From the NCBI RefSeq assembly GCF_009914755.1, contig NC_060942.1: a DNA stretch of 64,000 nt. The stretch is one strand, 5' to 3'. Each line of letters begins with the position of its first letter. Positions within the stretch are counted from its first letter, which is position 1. Positions 1-14,141 of the stretch are shown here, piece after piece. Below the pieces are notes generated by a model. It did no database searches. It saw only the letters and a program-made list of their open reading frames with translations, and had not been told where the DNA came from. The position numbers were made by a program, and so were the translations under genes. The DNA comes from the human T2T-CHM13v2.0 reference genome, Homo sapiens.

Positions 1-559
1 GATCTCTGAAAGATGACCATATCTCAAGAAGCACATTCACCATGAAAAAGCTATTTCTGTTCTATCAAGCATGGAGGAACTCGGATATATGATAGCCTCC
101 ATGTTTCATCTCAATAAAGTGAGGCAGATACTGAGAGATTTTCAATAATATCAGGTGTTGGCTGACTTTCTCAATGATGAAGGGCCTTTGGCTAGGGAGG
201 AAAAGAGGCAAAAAAAAAAAAAAAAGAACTGATAAACATACAATCAATCTCCTGCATCAATTACATTATTAAATAAGACTTTGTCTTGGTTTCTTAAATG
301 CAGTAGAAACTAGTTATTACATAGAGTGCTGCTATAACGGCCTTACCTACACACATATATGTATATTTATATATTTATACTATTCACACACTTTCATTTG
401 TTGAATAAGTGGGTGGCAGATCTTGTTAACCACAGTAGTTATTATATAACTATGTTATTTTCAGTTTACCTGAGCATGCAGTTTAAACATGAGTCCAGCA
501 GATTCAATGCTAGAGGAGATATTCAGAAGGCACAGGAGGAGATAAACAGAGATGAGGAA

Positions 560-720
560 TACCAGCTCTGCAACCACCCAGATTTGGGGCAAATATTAGC
601 TCCATCAATTACCAGTTGTGTGACTATGCTGTAATGAGTGTTTGTTCATGAGATAATAAATATGAAATGTTTCAATAGTGGCTGACATATAGAAAACTCT
701 TAATAAATTATAGTTGTTAC
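560..720 (+). mobile_element. MIR fragment (degenerate)
   Basis: MIR-like segments (agctccatcaattaccagttgtgtgact; gagataataaatatgaaatgttt...aataaatt). Confidence 0.5.
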
Positions 721-1056
721 AGATCTCATTCCTAGTTAACCTATGCTTGTTTTGAGATAAAGATTTTCTTTTTGTAGTATAAAAAATTTATCTGGCATAG
801 TATCATGTATATGTGGATATTTCCAATGTTTATAATAACAACAGTACATAATAGACAGATGTTGTCTAAAGATCTTCAAGTAAGAATTAAGACCAAAAAA
901 AGCCAACAATCTGCTAATGTAGAAGTCTCATTAATTTATCCATCTGTACCTTTCTTCTAAATGAGACACTCATTTCAAGCTCGTGCTCATTTCTAGGCAC
1001 AAGAGGACTGGAGAATGGTCTCTATATATAGCCATTCATTTATCCCAGAATGTTAC

Positions 1057-1154
1057 CTTTTTTTTCAATGCTGCTTTCCCAGGCCTCAGAGAATCTAGGT
1101 TCAGTTGTGCATTTATGTGTTTCATCTGCTCCATGCAATTGTCTATAAGATTGG
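1057..1154 (-). CDS. RTTN: RTTN exon (~ex42), 98 nt, (A)[10 protein letters not shown]...KAALKKK
   Basis: Acceptor ttttgtctttcAG, donor AAG|GTAACA; phase 1/0; inside ORF 1036..1224. Confidence 0.94.
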
Positions 1155-1828
1155 CTGAAAGACAAAATCTGCAGTAGTCAAAAGGATATTCTATTTCCAA
1201 GTAAGTTATAACCACATATACCAATCAGATTCTCAAAAAGGTAACATTTTCTATTTCTGACCCACTTCATTTTAGAATTTTCAGTCAGAGATTAATGAAT
1301 CAGAGGGGGGATAAGTAAGAGAACTAAAATGCTGAAGTCCACTTGTTTTCAGTTTTTAGTAAGATACTACCCAAATCCAATTTACAACTTGAGGAATACA
1401 TCATTTGTTGTAGTCGCAAATCACAATTGATATTAATGGACTTGATGTTGCCATTATTCTCTTTTAATTCTCAGATCTACATTCTCCGATTCCCAAATGA
1501 GAAATTACAACACTCAAGAGGGAAATTTATACGAAAATATGGAATCATCTGTTGCTGTTTTTACCATCAAAACTATGTGGGTTTTGTTCAGGTATGCAGT
1601 GAGTGCTTCTGGATAGTAATATTTAATTATAATGAAACTCAATGTGTTACCTTTTAGCTTCCCTAATATTTACATATAGGTTCTTTAGAGCAAGAACCAT
1701 CACATATTAAACAAACAAAAACAAACTATGTCTAATCTTTTTATTTGAAAAGTAATGCATATTTACTGCTTCTGTATGGGAAAAAAAATTATTTTTAGTG
1801 ACACTGAGATTATACTATACGTTTTTTA

Positions 1829-2107
<279 letters not shown>

Positions 2108-2734
2108 TTAAAAGATATTGCTAGGTTTCAACTATCATGTGAAATTCACTGGATTTTGATAAATCATTAATATTTGAGAATGTTCTGCGTGGATAAGACT
2201 GTATAAGTTGCTTATAATATGGAAAAGAACAACAATCATTCTTAAAGACTCATCATCTACAGAAAAAAGCTTTATTTAGCTTTCACGTAGCAAGCTCATA
2301 TACTTACTCAAATTCACCAGCGCATATTGTATATATATGTGTGTACCTTATTAAAATGGGTCCTTGTAAAACTGCTGAACAGGAGAACTGTCATCAATTT
2401 CCTCCTTTCTCCTTCTGGGGACACATTCCCCTCTCTCCATTTCTATCTAAACTACCCCTATATCTCAGGTGATTTGGTTCTTTCCATCTTTCGTTTCTAT
2501 GGTAACATGCACCTGTCATATAACATTTTCTCAAAAAATAGTGCGTAACTTTTTTGACTTTCAGAGAAATGGAAAATCATTTGTAATTCCGAAACTACTA
2601 TTTCTGTATATTTCCTTTATACATTTAAATTTATGAGCTAGAAAAATTTTCACTTAAAAATTTCTAATATGTACAAAAGCAGACACAATAACAGATTCCA
2701 TACATTTTTATTAAAAAACAAAACTAGAAATTTC

Positions 2735-5700
2735 TGCTCCAAGATGGCCAACTAGATACAGCCAGGAGGAACATCTCCCACTGAGGGACTGGGACACCAG
2801 GAAGACTGGCACACTCCTAGCAGATCTTCAGAGGGAGGGCATCGAGAGCAGATGGAGGGAAAACACAGAGCTGGGGCTGAAGGGGGAGGAAGCTGGGGAC
2901 CTTGCTCGGGGCTACCAAGCACCACAACTTGTTCCTGGCCCCCAACAACTCCTGCAGAGGGGGAAGTTGAAAAGGCAAGGAACAAAATTCGCTCTCCCCA
3001 CAGGCCGCTGGAATCCTGGTAGGAAGGAACCCCTGGACCACCATGGACATTTGAGTTGTCAGGGAAAGCTGCTTAGGGAAGCAGTGGAAGCAGAACTCCA
3101 GCTGGGGCAGAGCCCAGAGAGTTTGGTATGGGAGTGTCTATAGCGGAGCACGGCCAAGGATGCCCATCCCCTTAGGCTAGACTTGCTCCCATAGGAGACT
3201 TTATCCCTAGGGGAACTGTGGGACCTCAACTCTGCAGGGTGGTCTTGCCCATGAGATGGGGCCAATCTGGTCCACCCTTTGGTCTGCTGGCTTCTCCCAG
3301 AGCCCGAGCCTAGCCACACCTGCTTGGAGTGAAGCTCCCAGGTACGGGCCCATACGGTAGCTCCTGCACTGGCAGACTGCCTGACTAGCAGAGTGCTCTA
3401 GCAGAGTGACCCCAGTGGACACGCACCAGCATTCTTCCCCCACTGCAGCCTCCTTCATGCCGCCTTGCCTGCAGGCACTCACCCATCTCATGCAATGACA
3501 CACATAGGCTCAAAATAAAGGGATGGAAAAAGGCTACCAAGCAATGAAAAACAGAAAAAAGCAGGGATTGCAATTCTAATTTCAGACAAAATAGACTTTA
3601 AACCAACAAAGATAAAAAAGACAAAGAAGGGCATTACAAATAGTAAAGGACTCAATTCAACAAGGCAACCTAGCTATCCTAAATATATATGCACTAAACA
3701 CAGAAACATCCAGATTCATAAAGCAAGTTCTTAAGAGATCTTCAAAGAGATTTAGACTCCCATAGGGTAACGTGGGAGACTTCAACACCCCATTGACAGT
3801 ATTAGACAGATAATCCAGGCAAAAAATTAACAAAGATATTCAAGACCTGAACTCAACACTGGACCAAATGGATCTGATAGACATCTACAGAACTCCCCAC
3901 CAGAATACAACAGAGTATACATTCTTCTCATTGCCACATGGCACATACTCTAAAATCAACCACACAATCAGACACAAAACAAATTTCCACAAATTCAAAA
4001 AAATCAAAATTGTACTGATATGGTTTGGATCTGTGTCCCCACCCAAATCTCATGTTCAACTGTAGTCCCCAATGTTGGGAACTGGATCATTGGGGTAGAT
4101 CCTTCATGAATGGTTTAGCACCGTCCCTTTGGTTCTGTTCCTGTAACAGAGTTCTCGTGAGATCTGGTTGTTTAAAAGTGTGTGGCATCTTGCCCCTCTC
4201 TCTTCCTCCTGCTCCCACCATGTGAGATGCCTCGCTCCCCCTTCTGCCATAATTGAAAGTTTCCTGAGGCCTTCCCAGAAGCTGAGTAGATGCCAGCACT
4301 ATGCTTCCTTACAGCCTGTGGAACCATGAGCCAATTAAACCTCTTTTCTTTATAAATTACTCCGTGTCAGGTATTTCTTTACAGCAATGTAAGAATGGTC
4401 TAATACATATACCATCCACACTCTCAGACCATAGCACAATAAAAACAGAATTCAATACAAAGAAAATTGCACAAAACCATTCATTTACATTGAAATTAAG
4501 CATCCTGCTCCTGAATAACTTTTGGGCAAATAATGAAATTAAGGCAGAAATCAGTAAGTTCTTTGAAACTAATGAGAACAATGATAACATACCAGAATCT
4601 CTGGGACACAGCTAAGGCAGTGTTAACAGGAAAATTTTGAGCGCTAAATGCCCATATTGAAAAGTTAGGAAGATCTCAAGTTTGCACCTAACATCACAAC
4701 TAAAAGAACTAGAGAAGAAAGAGCAAACCAACCCCAAAGCTAGTAGAACACAAGAAATAATCAGAATCAGAGCTAAAGGAGACTGAGACATGAAAAACCA
4801 TTCAAACGACCAATGAAGTGAGGAGCCAGTTTTTTGAAAAAAATAATAAAATATATGGACCACTAGGCTAGATTAATGAAGAAACGAGAAAAGATCCAAA
4901 TAATACAAAAGATCCAAAAAAACATAATGAGAAATGACAAAGGGGATATTACCACTGACCCCAGAGAAATAACCATCAGAGACGATTATAAACACTTCTA
5001 TGCACACAAACTAAAAATCTAGAAGTGGATGAATTCCTGGCCACATATATCCTCCCAAGACTGAACCAGGAAGAAACTGAATCCCTGAACAGACCAACAA
5101 TGAGCTCTAAAATGGAATCAGAAATAAATAGCCTGCACACCATAAAAGCCATGGATCAGATGGATTGACAGCCAAATTCTACCAGATCTATAAAGAAGAG
5201 CTGATACCATTCTTACAGACACTGTTCCCCAAAAAAATGAGAAGTAGGAACTCCTCCTCAATTCATTCTATGAGGCTAGCATCATCCTGACCCAAAACTG
5301 GCAGAGACACAACAACAAAAAAAAGGGTCAATATCCTTGATGAACAGCAATGCAAAAACCCTCAACAACATACTAGCAAACTGAATCCAGCAGCACATCA
5401 AAAAGCTAATCCACTACGAACAAGAAGGCTTTATCCCTAGGATGCAAGGTTGGTTCAACATACGTGCAAACAAATAAACATGATTCATCACATAAACAGA
5501 ACTAGAAACAAAAATAACACGATTATCTCAACAGAGGCTTTCAGTAAAATTCAACATCTTTTCATATTAAAAACTCCTAACAAATTAGGTATTGAAGTAA
5601 CATATATTAAAATAACGAGAGCCATCTATGACAAACCTGCTGTCTACATCATACTGAATGGGCAAAAGCTAGAAGCAATCCCCTTGAAAACTGGCACAAG

Positions 5701-7768
5701 ACAAGGATGCCCCCTCTCACCATTCCTATTCAACACGGTACTGGAAGTTCTGGCCAGGGCAATCAGGCAAGAGAAGGAAATAAAGGGCATCCAAATAGGA
5801 AGAGAGGAAGTCAAATTATCCCTGTTTGCAGATGACATGATCCTATATCTAGAAAACCCCATCGTCTCAGCCCAAAAGCTCCTTAAGCTGATAAACAATT
5901 TTAGCAAAGTCTCAGGATACAAAATCAATGTGCAAAAGTCACTAACATTCCTATATACCAACAATCAAGCCGAGAGGCAAATCAGGAATGCAATCCCATT
6001 CACAACTGCCACCAAAACAAAACAAAATAAAATAAATCAAAATGCAATACCTAGGAATACAGCTAACCAGGGAGGTGAAAGATCTCTACAAGGAGAAATA
6101 CAAAACACTGCTGAAAGAAATCAGTGGTGACACGAATGAATGGAAAAACATTCCATGAACATGGCTAGGAAGAATCAACATTGCTAAAATGGCCATACTG
6201 CCCAAAGCAATTTGTAGATTCAATACTATCCCTATCGAACCACCAATCACATTCTTCATAGAACTAGAAAAAACTTTTAAAATTCATATGGAACCAAAAA
6301 AGAGCCCAAATCGCCAAGGCAATTCTAAGCAAAAAGAAAAAAGCTGGAGGCATCAAGCTACTTGACTTCAAACTATACTACAGGGCTACAGTAACCAAAG
6401 CATGGTAATGGTGTAAAAAATAAACACATAGACCGATGGAACAGAATACAGAGCCTAGAAATAAGGGTGTACACCTAGAACCATCTGACCTTAGACAAAC
6501 CTGACAAAAACAAACAATGGGGAAAGAACTCCCTGTTCGATAAATGGTGCTGGGATAACTGACTAATTATATACATACATTGAAACTGGACCCCTTCCTT
6601 ACATATATACAGAAATAAACTGAAGATGGATTAAAGACTTAAATATAAACCCCAAAACTATTAAAACGCTGGAAGACAACCTAGGCAATACCATTCTGGA
6701 CACAGAAAGTGGCAGAGATTTCATGATGAAAATGTGAAAAGCAACTGCAACAAAAGCAAAAATTGACAAATGAAATCTAATTAAACTAAAGCGTGTCTGC
6801 ACAGCAAAAGAAACTATCAACAGAGTAAACAGACAACCTACAGAATGGGAGAAAATATCTGCAAACTATGCATCAGACAAAGGTCTAATATCCAGCAACT
6901 ACAAGGAACTTAAATTTACAAGAAAAAAACAACCCCATTAAGAAGTGGGCAAAGGACACAAACAGACACTTCTCAAAAGAAGACATACACATTGCCAACA
7001 AGCACATGAAAAAAAGCTCAACATCACTGATCATTAGAGAAATGCAAATCAAAGCCACAGTAAGATACCATCTCACACCAGTCAGAATGGCTACTAAGAA
7101 GTCAAAAAATAACACACGCTGATGAGGTTGTGGAGAAAAGGGAATGCTTATACACAGTGGGAGTGCAAATTAGTTCAACCATTGGGAAGGCAGTGTGGTG
7201 ATTCCTCAACAAGCTAAAAAAAGGACTGCAATTCAACCCTATAATCTCATTACAGGGTATACACCCAAAGGAATATAAATCATTCTATCATAAAGACACA
7301 TGAATACAAATGTTCACTGCAGCACTATCTGCAATGGTAAAGACATGGAATCAACTTAAATGCCCATCAATGGAAAACTGGATAAAGAAAATGTGGCACA
7401 TATACACCATGGAATACTATGCAGCCATAAAAAAGAGTGAGATCATGTCCTCTGCATGAACATGGTTGGAGCTCGAGGCCATGATCCTTAGGAAACAATG
7501 CAGGAACAGAAAACCAAATACTGCTTGTTCTCACTTATAAGTAGGAGCTAAATGATGAGAGCACCGGGACACAAAGAGGGCAACAATAGACAATGGGGCC
7601 TACCAGTGGGTGAAGGGTAGCAGGAGGGAGAGGATCAGAAAAAATAACTATTGGGTACCAGGCTTAGTACCTGGGTGATGAAATAATCTATACACCAAAC
7701 CCCCATGATACAAGTTTACCTATATAACAAACCTACACATGTACCCCGAACCTAACAGTTAAAAAAGA
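2735..7768 (+). mobile_element. Old primate L1 (L1PA13-16-like): 5'UTR, ORF1 missing, decayed ORF2, 3'UTR
   Basis: Starts with aagatggccaactag; GC-rich 5'UTR to ~3480; ORF2 endonuclease remnants; RT fragment ORF 5450..6130 with QGCPLSP and LFADDM motifs; L1PA-type 3'UTR ending in an A-rich tail. Many stops and frameshifts. Confidence 0.9.
4016..4407 (+). mobile_element. MST-family (MaLR) solo LTR nested in the L1
   Basis: TGATATGGTTTGG...CTAATACA termini, ccaattaaacctcttttc motif, near 5-bp TSD tgtac/tatac; L1 ORF2 resumes after it. Confidence 0.88.
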
Positions 7769-7779
7769 ATCGGCTGGGT

Positions 7780-10700
7780 GAGTGCAGCAAGGTGGCAGAA
7801 TAGAAGCCTATACTGTCTGTCCTCCCCCAACAGGAACACCAAATTTTAACAACTATATGCACACAGAAAAGCACCGTCACGAGAACCAAAAATCAGGTGA
7901 GCAATCACAGTACCTGGTTTTAATGTGTACGGCTAAAAGAGGAACTGAAAAGTGTCGGAGATATAGTCTTGAATCACCACCCCTCCCCTATCTATCAGCA
8001 GCAGCTGCCTGGTATGGCGAGCTAACTTGCACACTTGGAGGAGGGAGAGAGCAGCGACTGGGGGACTTCACACTGAATTCAGTGCTGCTCTGTCACAGTG
8101 GAGAGCAAAGCTGTGCTGGGCTCAGCCAACACCCATGCATGGAGAGATCATTTAGATCAACTGCCCAAACCAGCAGTCAGAAGTGGAGTTTCTTGGCAAG
8201 CCTTGCCACCGTAAAGCCAGTGCTCTGGGGTCCTAGGTAAACTTGAAAGGCAGTCTTGGACACAAGGCCTGCAATTCCTAGGCAACTCCTAGTATTAGGC
8301 TGGGCTTAGAGCCACTGGACTATGGTGGCATGTGACACAGGGAGACAACAGCCAGGGCAGCTAAGGGAGGCCTTACACCATTTCTCCCTCAATCCCAGGC
8401 AGTGCGGCTCGCAGCAACAAAAGTGACTCCTTCCTTCTACTTGAGGAAGAGAGTAAACAAGACTTTGTCTTGCATCTTAGATACCAGCTCAGTCACAATA
8501 GAACAGGGCACTGGGCAGAGTTGTGAGACCTCCATTCCAGGCCCATTCCTGGATGACAAAATAGACAAAATGTGGGCCAAGGGAACCCACTGCCTTGAAG
8601 GGAAGAAACCAGTCCTGGCAGGATTCATTACTTGCTGACTAAAGAGCCCTCAGGCCCTGAATAACCAGCAGCAATATCCAGATAGTACACCACAGGCCTT
8701 GGGCTCTGGGACGTGCTGACTTTAGGTATGACCCAGCACATTCGCAGCTGTGGTGGCTACAACAAAAGACTCCTTCTGTTTGAGAAAAGCAGAGGGGAAA
8801 GTAAAGGGGACTTTGTCTTGCATCTTAGGTATCAGCTCAGCCACAGTGGGTAGAGCAACAAGTAGGCTCTTGGGCTCCCTGAATCCAGGCCGAGCCTCTT
8901 GGACAGTATTTCTGGACCATCTCTGGGCCAGAGGGGAACTGATTGTCCTGAAGGGTGTGCCCCAGGTCTGGCAACATTCGTCACAGAATGACAGAAGTGC
9001 CCTTGGGCTCTAAGTGAACATTGGCAGCAGCGTGGTAGAACTCCCATGGGACCGTGGTATTGGAGAGTCTCCTTTTCCTGTGGAAAGGGGAGAGAAGAGC
9101 AGAAAGGACCCAGTATTGTGGTTTGAGTGCCAGGTTAGTCACATTAGAATAGAACATCAGGTAAAATTCTAAGGTTTTTGACTCTAATCCCTGGCTCACA
9201 GATAGCATCTCTGGACCTGCTCAGGGTCTGGGGGAGCTTACTGCTCTGAAGGGAAGGACAGAAACCTGGCTGGCTTTGTCACCTACTGATTATGAAGTCC
9301 TAGGGCCTTGAGTGAACACAGGTAAGCAGGTAGCGACTGCAGTGGGCTTGAGAGAAACCCAGTGTTGTGTTGACATCAGGACTAATCCAGTGCAGTTCCA
9401 GTGGTGGTAGCCACAAGGATGCTAATATCACCACATCCCCAGTTCCAGGCTGCTCAGTATATAGAGAGAGACTCTGTTTGTTTGGGAGAAAGTAAGGTAA
9501 AAGAACAAGAGTCTTTGCCTGGTAATCTGGAGAATTCTTCCAGATCTTATCCAAGACCACCAAGGCAGTACCTCTACAAGTCTGCAAGAAACGAAGTGTT
9601 ATTGGGCTTAAGGTCCAATTCCCTTGGAATGCCTGGGAAGCCTCCTCAAGGAGGACACACACAAACAAGCCCAGACTGCAAAGACTAAAACAAATACCTA
9701 ACTCTTCAATGTCCAGATATTGACGAACATCTAAAAGCATCAAGATCATCCAGGAAAAAATGACCCCACCAAATGAACTAAAATAAGGCATCAGAGACCA
9801 AGCGTGGAGAAACAAGAGATATGTGAACTTTCAAACAGAGAATTCAAAATTGCTGTGGTAGGGGAGCTCAAAAGAAATTCAAAATAAGAGAAGGAATTCA
9901 GAATTTTATCAGATAAATTTAACAGAGAGATTTAAATAATTAAGAAGAATGAAACAGAAATTCTGGAGTTTAAAAATTCAATTGGCATACTGACAAATAC
10001 ATCAGTCTCATATTAGTAGAGCTGACCAAGTAAAAGAAAGAATTAGTAAACTTGAAGGCAAGCTATTTGAAAACACAGAGTCAGGGGAAGGAGATAAAAG
10101 AAAAATGAGAATAAAGAAGAATGAAGCATGCCTATAAAACCTAAAAAATAGCCTCGAAAGGGCAAATTTAAGACAAAGAGATAGTGGTAGAAAGTTTATT
10201 CAAAGGGATAATATCAGAGAACTTACAAAACTTAGAGAAAGATCAATATTCAAGTACAAGAAGGTTAGAGACCACCAAGCAGATTTAACCCAAAGAAGAC
10301 ATTTAAGATATTTCATAATCAAACTCCTAAAGGTCAAGGATAAAGAAAAGATCCTAAAAGCAGCAAGAGAAAAGAAACAACATACAATGGACCTCCAATA
10401 TATCTGGAAATGTTACAGGTCACGAGAGAGTGGCATGACATATTTCAAGTGCTGCAGGGAAAAAAAAAAAGAAAAACAACAAAAAAACTTTACCCTAGAA
10501 TAGTACATACGATGAAACTATCCTGCAAGTATGAAGAGAAATAAAAACCTTAGACAAACAAAAGCTGAAGGATTTCAACAACACTAGACCTGTCCTACAA
10601 GAAATAGTAAAGTGAGTTCTTCAATCTGAAATAAAAGGATGTTCGTGAGCAAGAAGAAATCATCTGATGTTACAAAACTCACTGGTAATAGTAAGCATGC

Positions 10701-11992
10701 AGAAAAACAGAGACTATTGTAACACTGTAATGGTGTTGTGTAAACTACTCTTATCTTAAGTAGAGAGTCTAAATTATGAACCAATCGAAAATAATAACTA
10801 CAGCAACTTTTTAAGACAAAGACAGTACAATAAGACATAAAGAGAAACAACTAAAAGTTAAAAAGCAGGGGAGATAAAGTTAAAGTGTAGAGTTTTTATT
10901 AGTTTTCTTTTGCATGTGTGCTTGTTCATGCCATCAGTACTAAGCTGTCATTAGTTTAAAATAATGGGCTATAAGAAGGTATTTGCAAGCCTCATCATGG
11001 TAACCTTTTACCAAAAAGGATACAAATGGAGACACAAAAACTAAGAAGAAATTAACATACCACCAAAGAAAATCATCTTCACTAAAAGAAAGACAGAAGG
11101 AATTAAAGAAGAATGAGATCACAAAACAATTAGAAAACAAATAACAAAACGGCAGAAGGCAGTCCCTACTTGTCAATAACAACATTCAATGTAAATGGAC
11201 TATGGACTAAACTCTACAATAAAAACACACACAGTGGCTGAAGGGATGAAAAAACAATGCCCACTTATCTGTTGCCTACAAGAAACATATTTCACCAATA
11301 AAAATATACACAGACTGAAAATAAAGGGATGGAAAAAGACATTCCATGCCAATGAAAACAAAAAAAAAAATTGGGAGTAGCTATACTTAGACAAAATAGA
11401 TGTCAAAACAAAAACTGTAAGGACAGACAAAGAAGATCATTATATAATGATAATGCAGTCAATGCAGCAAGAGGATACAATGATTGTGAGTATATATGTA
11501 CCCATCACTGGAGCACTGAGATACATAAAGCAAATATTAGAACTAAAGAGAGAGCGAGATCTCAAGACGATAATGGCTGGAGACTTCAACACCCTACTTT
11601 CAGCATTGAACAGACAGATCTTCCAGACAGAAAATCACCAAAGAAACACTGGATTTAATCTGCACTAAAGACCAAACGGACCTAATAGATATTTACCGAA
11701 CATTTCATCTAATGGCTGCAGAATACACATTCTTCTCCTCAGCATATGGATCATTCTGTAGGATATTCCATATGTTAGGTTCACAAAACAAGTCTTAAAA
11801 CATTCAAGAAATTGAAATAATATCAAGCATCTTCTATGACCAGAGTAGAATAAAACTGGAAATCAATAACAAGAGGAATTTTGGAAACTATACAAACATA
11901 TGAAAATTAAACAATATGCTCCTGAATGTCCAGTGGGTTAATGAAAAAATTAAGAAGAAAATTGAAAAATTTCTTGAAACAAATGATAATGG
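7780..11992 (+). mobile_element. L1M/L1MA-type element: 5'UTR, ORF1 remnant, start of ORF2; 3' truncated at an Alu
   Basis: 5' end caaggtggcagaatagaag; long 5'UTR with internal repeats; ORF1-like region ~9750-10640; endonuclease peptides (CCLQETYF, TIMAGDFNT) in ORFs 11195.. and 11447.. Confidence 0.85.
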
Positions 11993-12312
11993 GGCCAGGT
12001 GTGGTGGCTCACGCCTTGTAATCCCAGCCCTTCGGGAGGCCAAGGTGGACGGAACACCTGAGGTCAGGAGTTCGAGACCAGTTTGGCCAACAAACATGCG
12101 AAAAATATAAAAATTAGCTGGGCACGGTGGCAAGCGCCTGTAATCCCAGCTTCTTGGGAGGCTTGAGGCAGGAGAATCACTTGAACTTGGGAGGCAGAGG
12201 TTGCAGTGAGCTGAGATCGGGCCACGCTGCACTCCAGCCTGGGTGACAGAGTGAGACTCTGTCTCAAAAATAAATAAATAAATAAAAATAAAAAATAAAA
12301 TAAAAATAAAAA
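11993..12312 (+). mobile_element. Alu (AluS-like)
   Basis: ggccaggtgtggtggctcacgcc...gagactctgtctc plus an (A)nT tail. Confidence 0.93.
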
Positions 12313-13374
12313 ATTGCTCACTAGCAATTGGGAGCAGGGTTGGGTCGGAGTTAAGACTCCTAAGGAAATAGTTGTGTGCACAGATATGTCTTTTATTCCC
12401 TCCTGAAATCCCATTAAAATGACAAAAATGGGATTGCACACACACACACACACACACACAAGCCTGAAAACGAGAAAGCAGATGGATGAGAGGCAAGTGT
12501 ATTAGGCTTGGGAAACTTGAATTCTAAGTGGTGAGTGGGGAAAGCTGAAAACTACCCCAATCTATCCACTGAAGTGCCCAAGGCTGAAGAAATTTAGCAC
12601 CAGGCATCCCTGGACGTGAGGATGAAGGATTGCTTCAAGTCTCTAAAATGCAGTTACATGCCCAGATCCTGCCCGCCAGCCACCAGTTTCTATGTAACTA
12701 AGCCACTCTTCCTCCCAGCCCTTGCAAAATCCCGGATGCTTAGTCTCTGGAGAGGATAAATTAGGATTCTGAACTGGCAGAGACAGGAAAATTTGTGGGC
12801 AAGGGTATTCTACTAAAACCTTTGAAGGATTAAGTGAAATTGTGCAAACTAAATTCTGAGACCTCAGCTGTCGTCTCCTACTTGGCTACATAACATTTGG
12901 CAGTTGGGTTTTCACCTCCAGGAAAGAGATCAGAAGACCGTTCTCCAGGGAATCTGATAAGCCCCAGAAGACAAGCCTACAAAATAACCCCCATTGGTCC
13001 CCTTGGACAGCAATTGACAAGTTGCACTCATATGCTCAGGGATGTCAATCTGCTTTGAGTTTCCCAGTCTTAAATACAGCACATAATCAAGATTACCAGA
13101 CACCAAGAAAAGCTGCCAAATAGAAAAGAGAGACTAAAATAAATAGAGGAAAAGACAGCAAAGAGAGATTACATAGCGAAAAAAAAAAACTTCACAGGAG
13201 TTCCAAATGTACAGAGCATACAAAGTACAGGGAATGTCTCTGAAGTAATTTAGAAAGCATGAGTTTATAGATGGAAAGAATCCCCAAGAGAGCCCAGTAC
13301 AATGGCTAAAACAGATCCACACCTGGATGCTTCATCTAAACATTTTAGAATACGAGAAAAAATAAAGATTCTAA

Positions 13375-13732
<358 letters not shown>

Positions 13733-14011
13733 AAGGCTTCAGAATTCTCTATAGTAACATTTGGAATTAAAAAGAACAGACTATGGCTTCTAAATTCTGA
13801 AGTAAATGATTTCCAATCCAGAATTCTCACTAGCCTAACTATAAATTATATGTAAGGGCGATAAAAGACTTTCAGTCATTTAGATCTCAAAAGACCTCCT
13901 CAGTACCTTTTCTCTGAAAGCTAAGGGAGAAGAGACGCTACGCAAAAATGAAGAGCATTAACCAGGAGAGAAGGCCACAGGAGATGGGAGACAGCATGCA
14001 GGATGCAGGAG

Positions 14012-14141
14012 ACTGCACATAGCACAGAGGTAAAGGAATTCCTGGAACCAGGTGAATGGATATCCCAGGATGACAGGAAACTGCACCTAGCACAGAGGTA
14101 AAGGAATTCCCAGAAACTGGTGAATGGATATCCCAGGATGA
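14012..14141. repeat. 68-bp period tandem duplication, 2 diverged copies
   Basis: actgcac(a/c)tagcacagaggtaaaggaattcc...ggtgaatggatatcccaggatga starts at 14012 and again at 14080. Confidence 0.92.

Noticed and set aside
5450-6130. 226-aa reverse-transcriptase-like ORF
   Set aside because: Fragment of decayed L1 ORF2, flanked by stops and frameshifts. Not an independent gene or a novel RT system.
7782-9815. Several 70-170 aa ORFs
   Set aside because: They lie in the GC-rich 5'UTR of an old L1M and resemble no protein I recognise.
11888-12496. 202-aa ORF and similar ORFs at 13302, 25551, 29422, 35185, 38248, 62800
   Set aside because: Translations of antisense Alu sequence, a common artefact.
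14012-14141. Repeat-like array resembling CRISPR or a functional tandem
   Set aside because: Only two diverged copies without spacers, inside an old L1 remnant in a mammalian intron. An ordinary local duplication.
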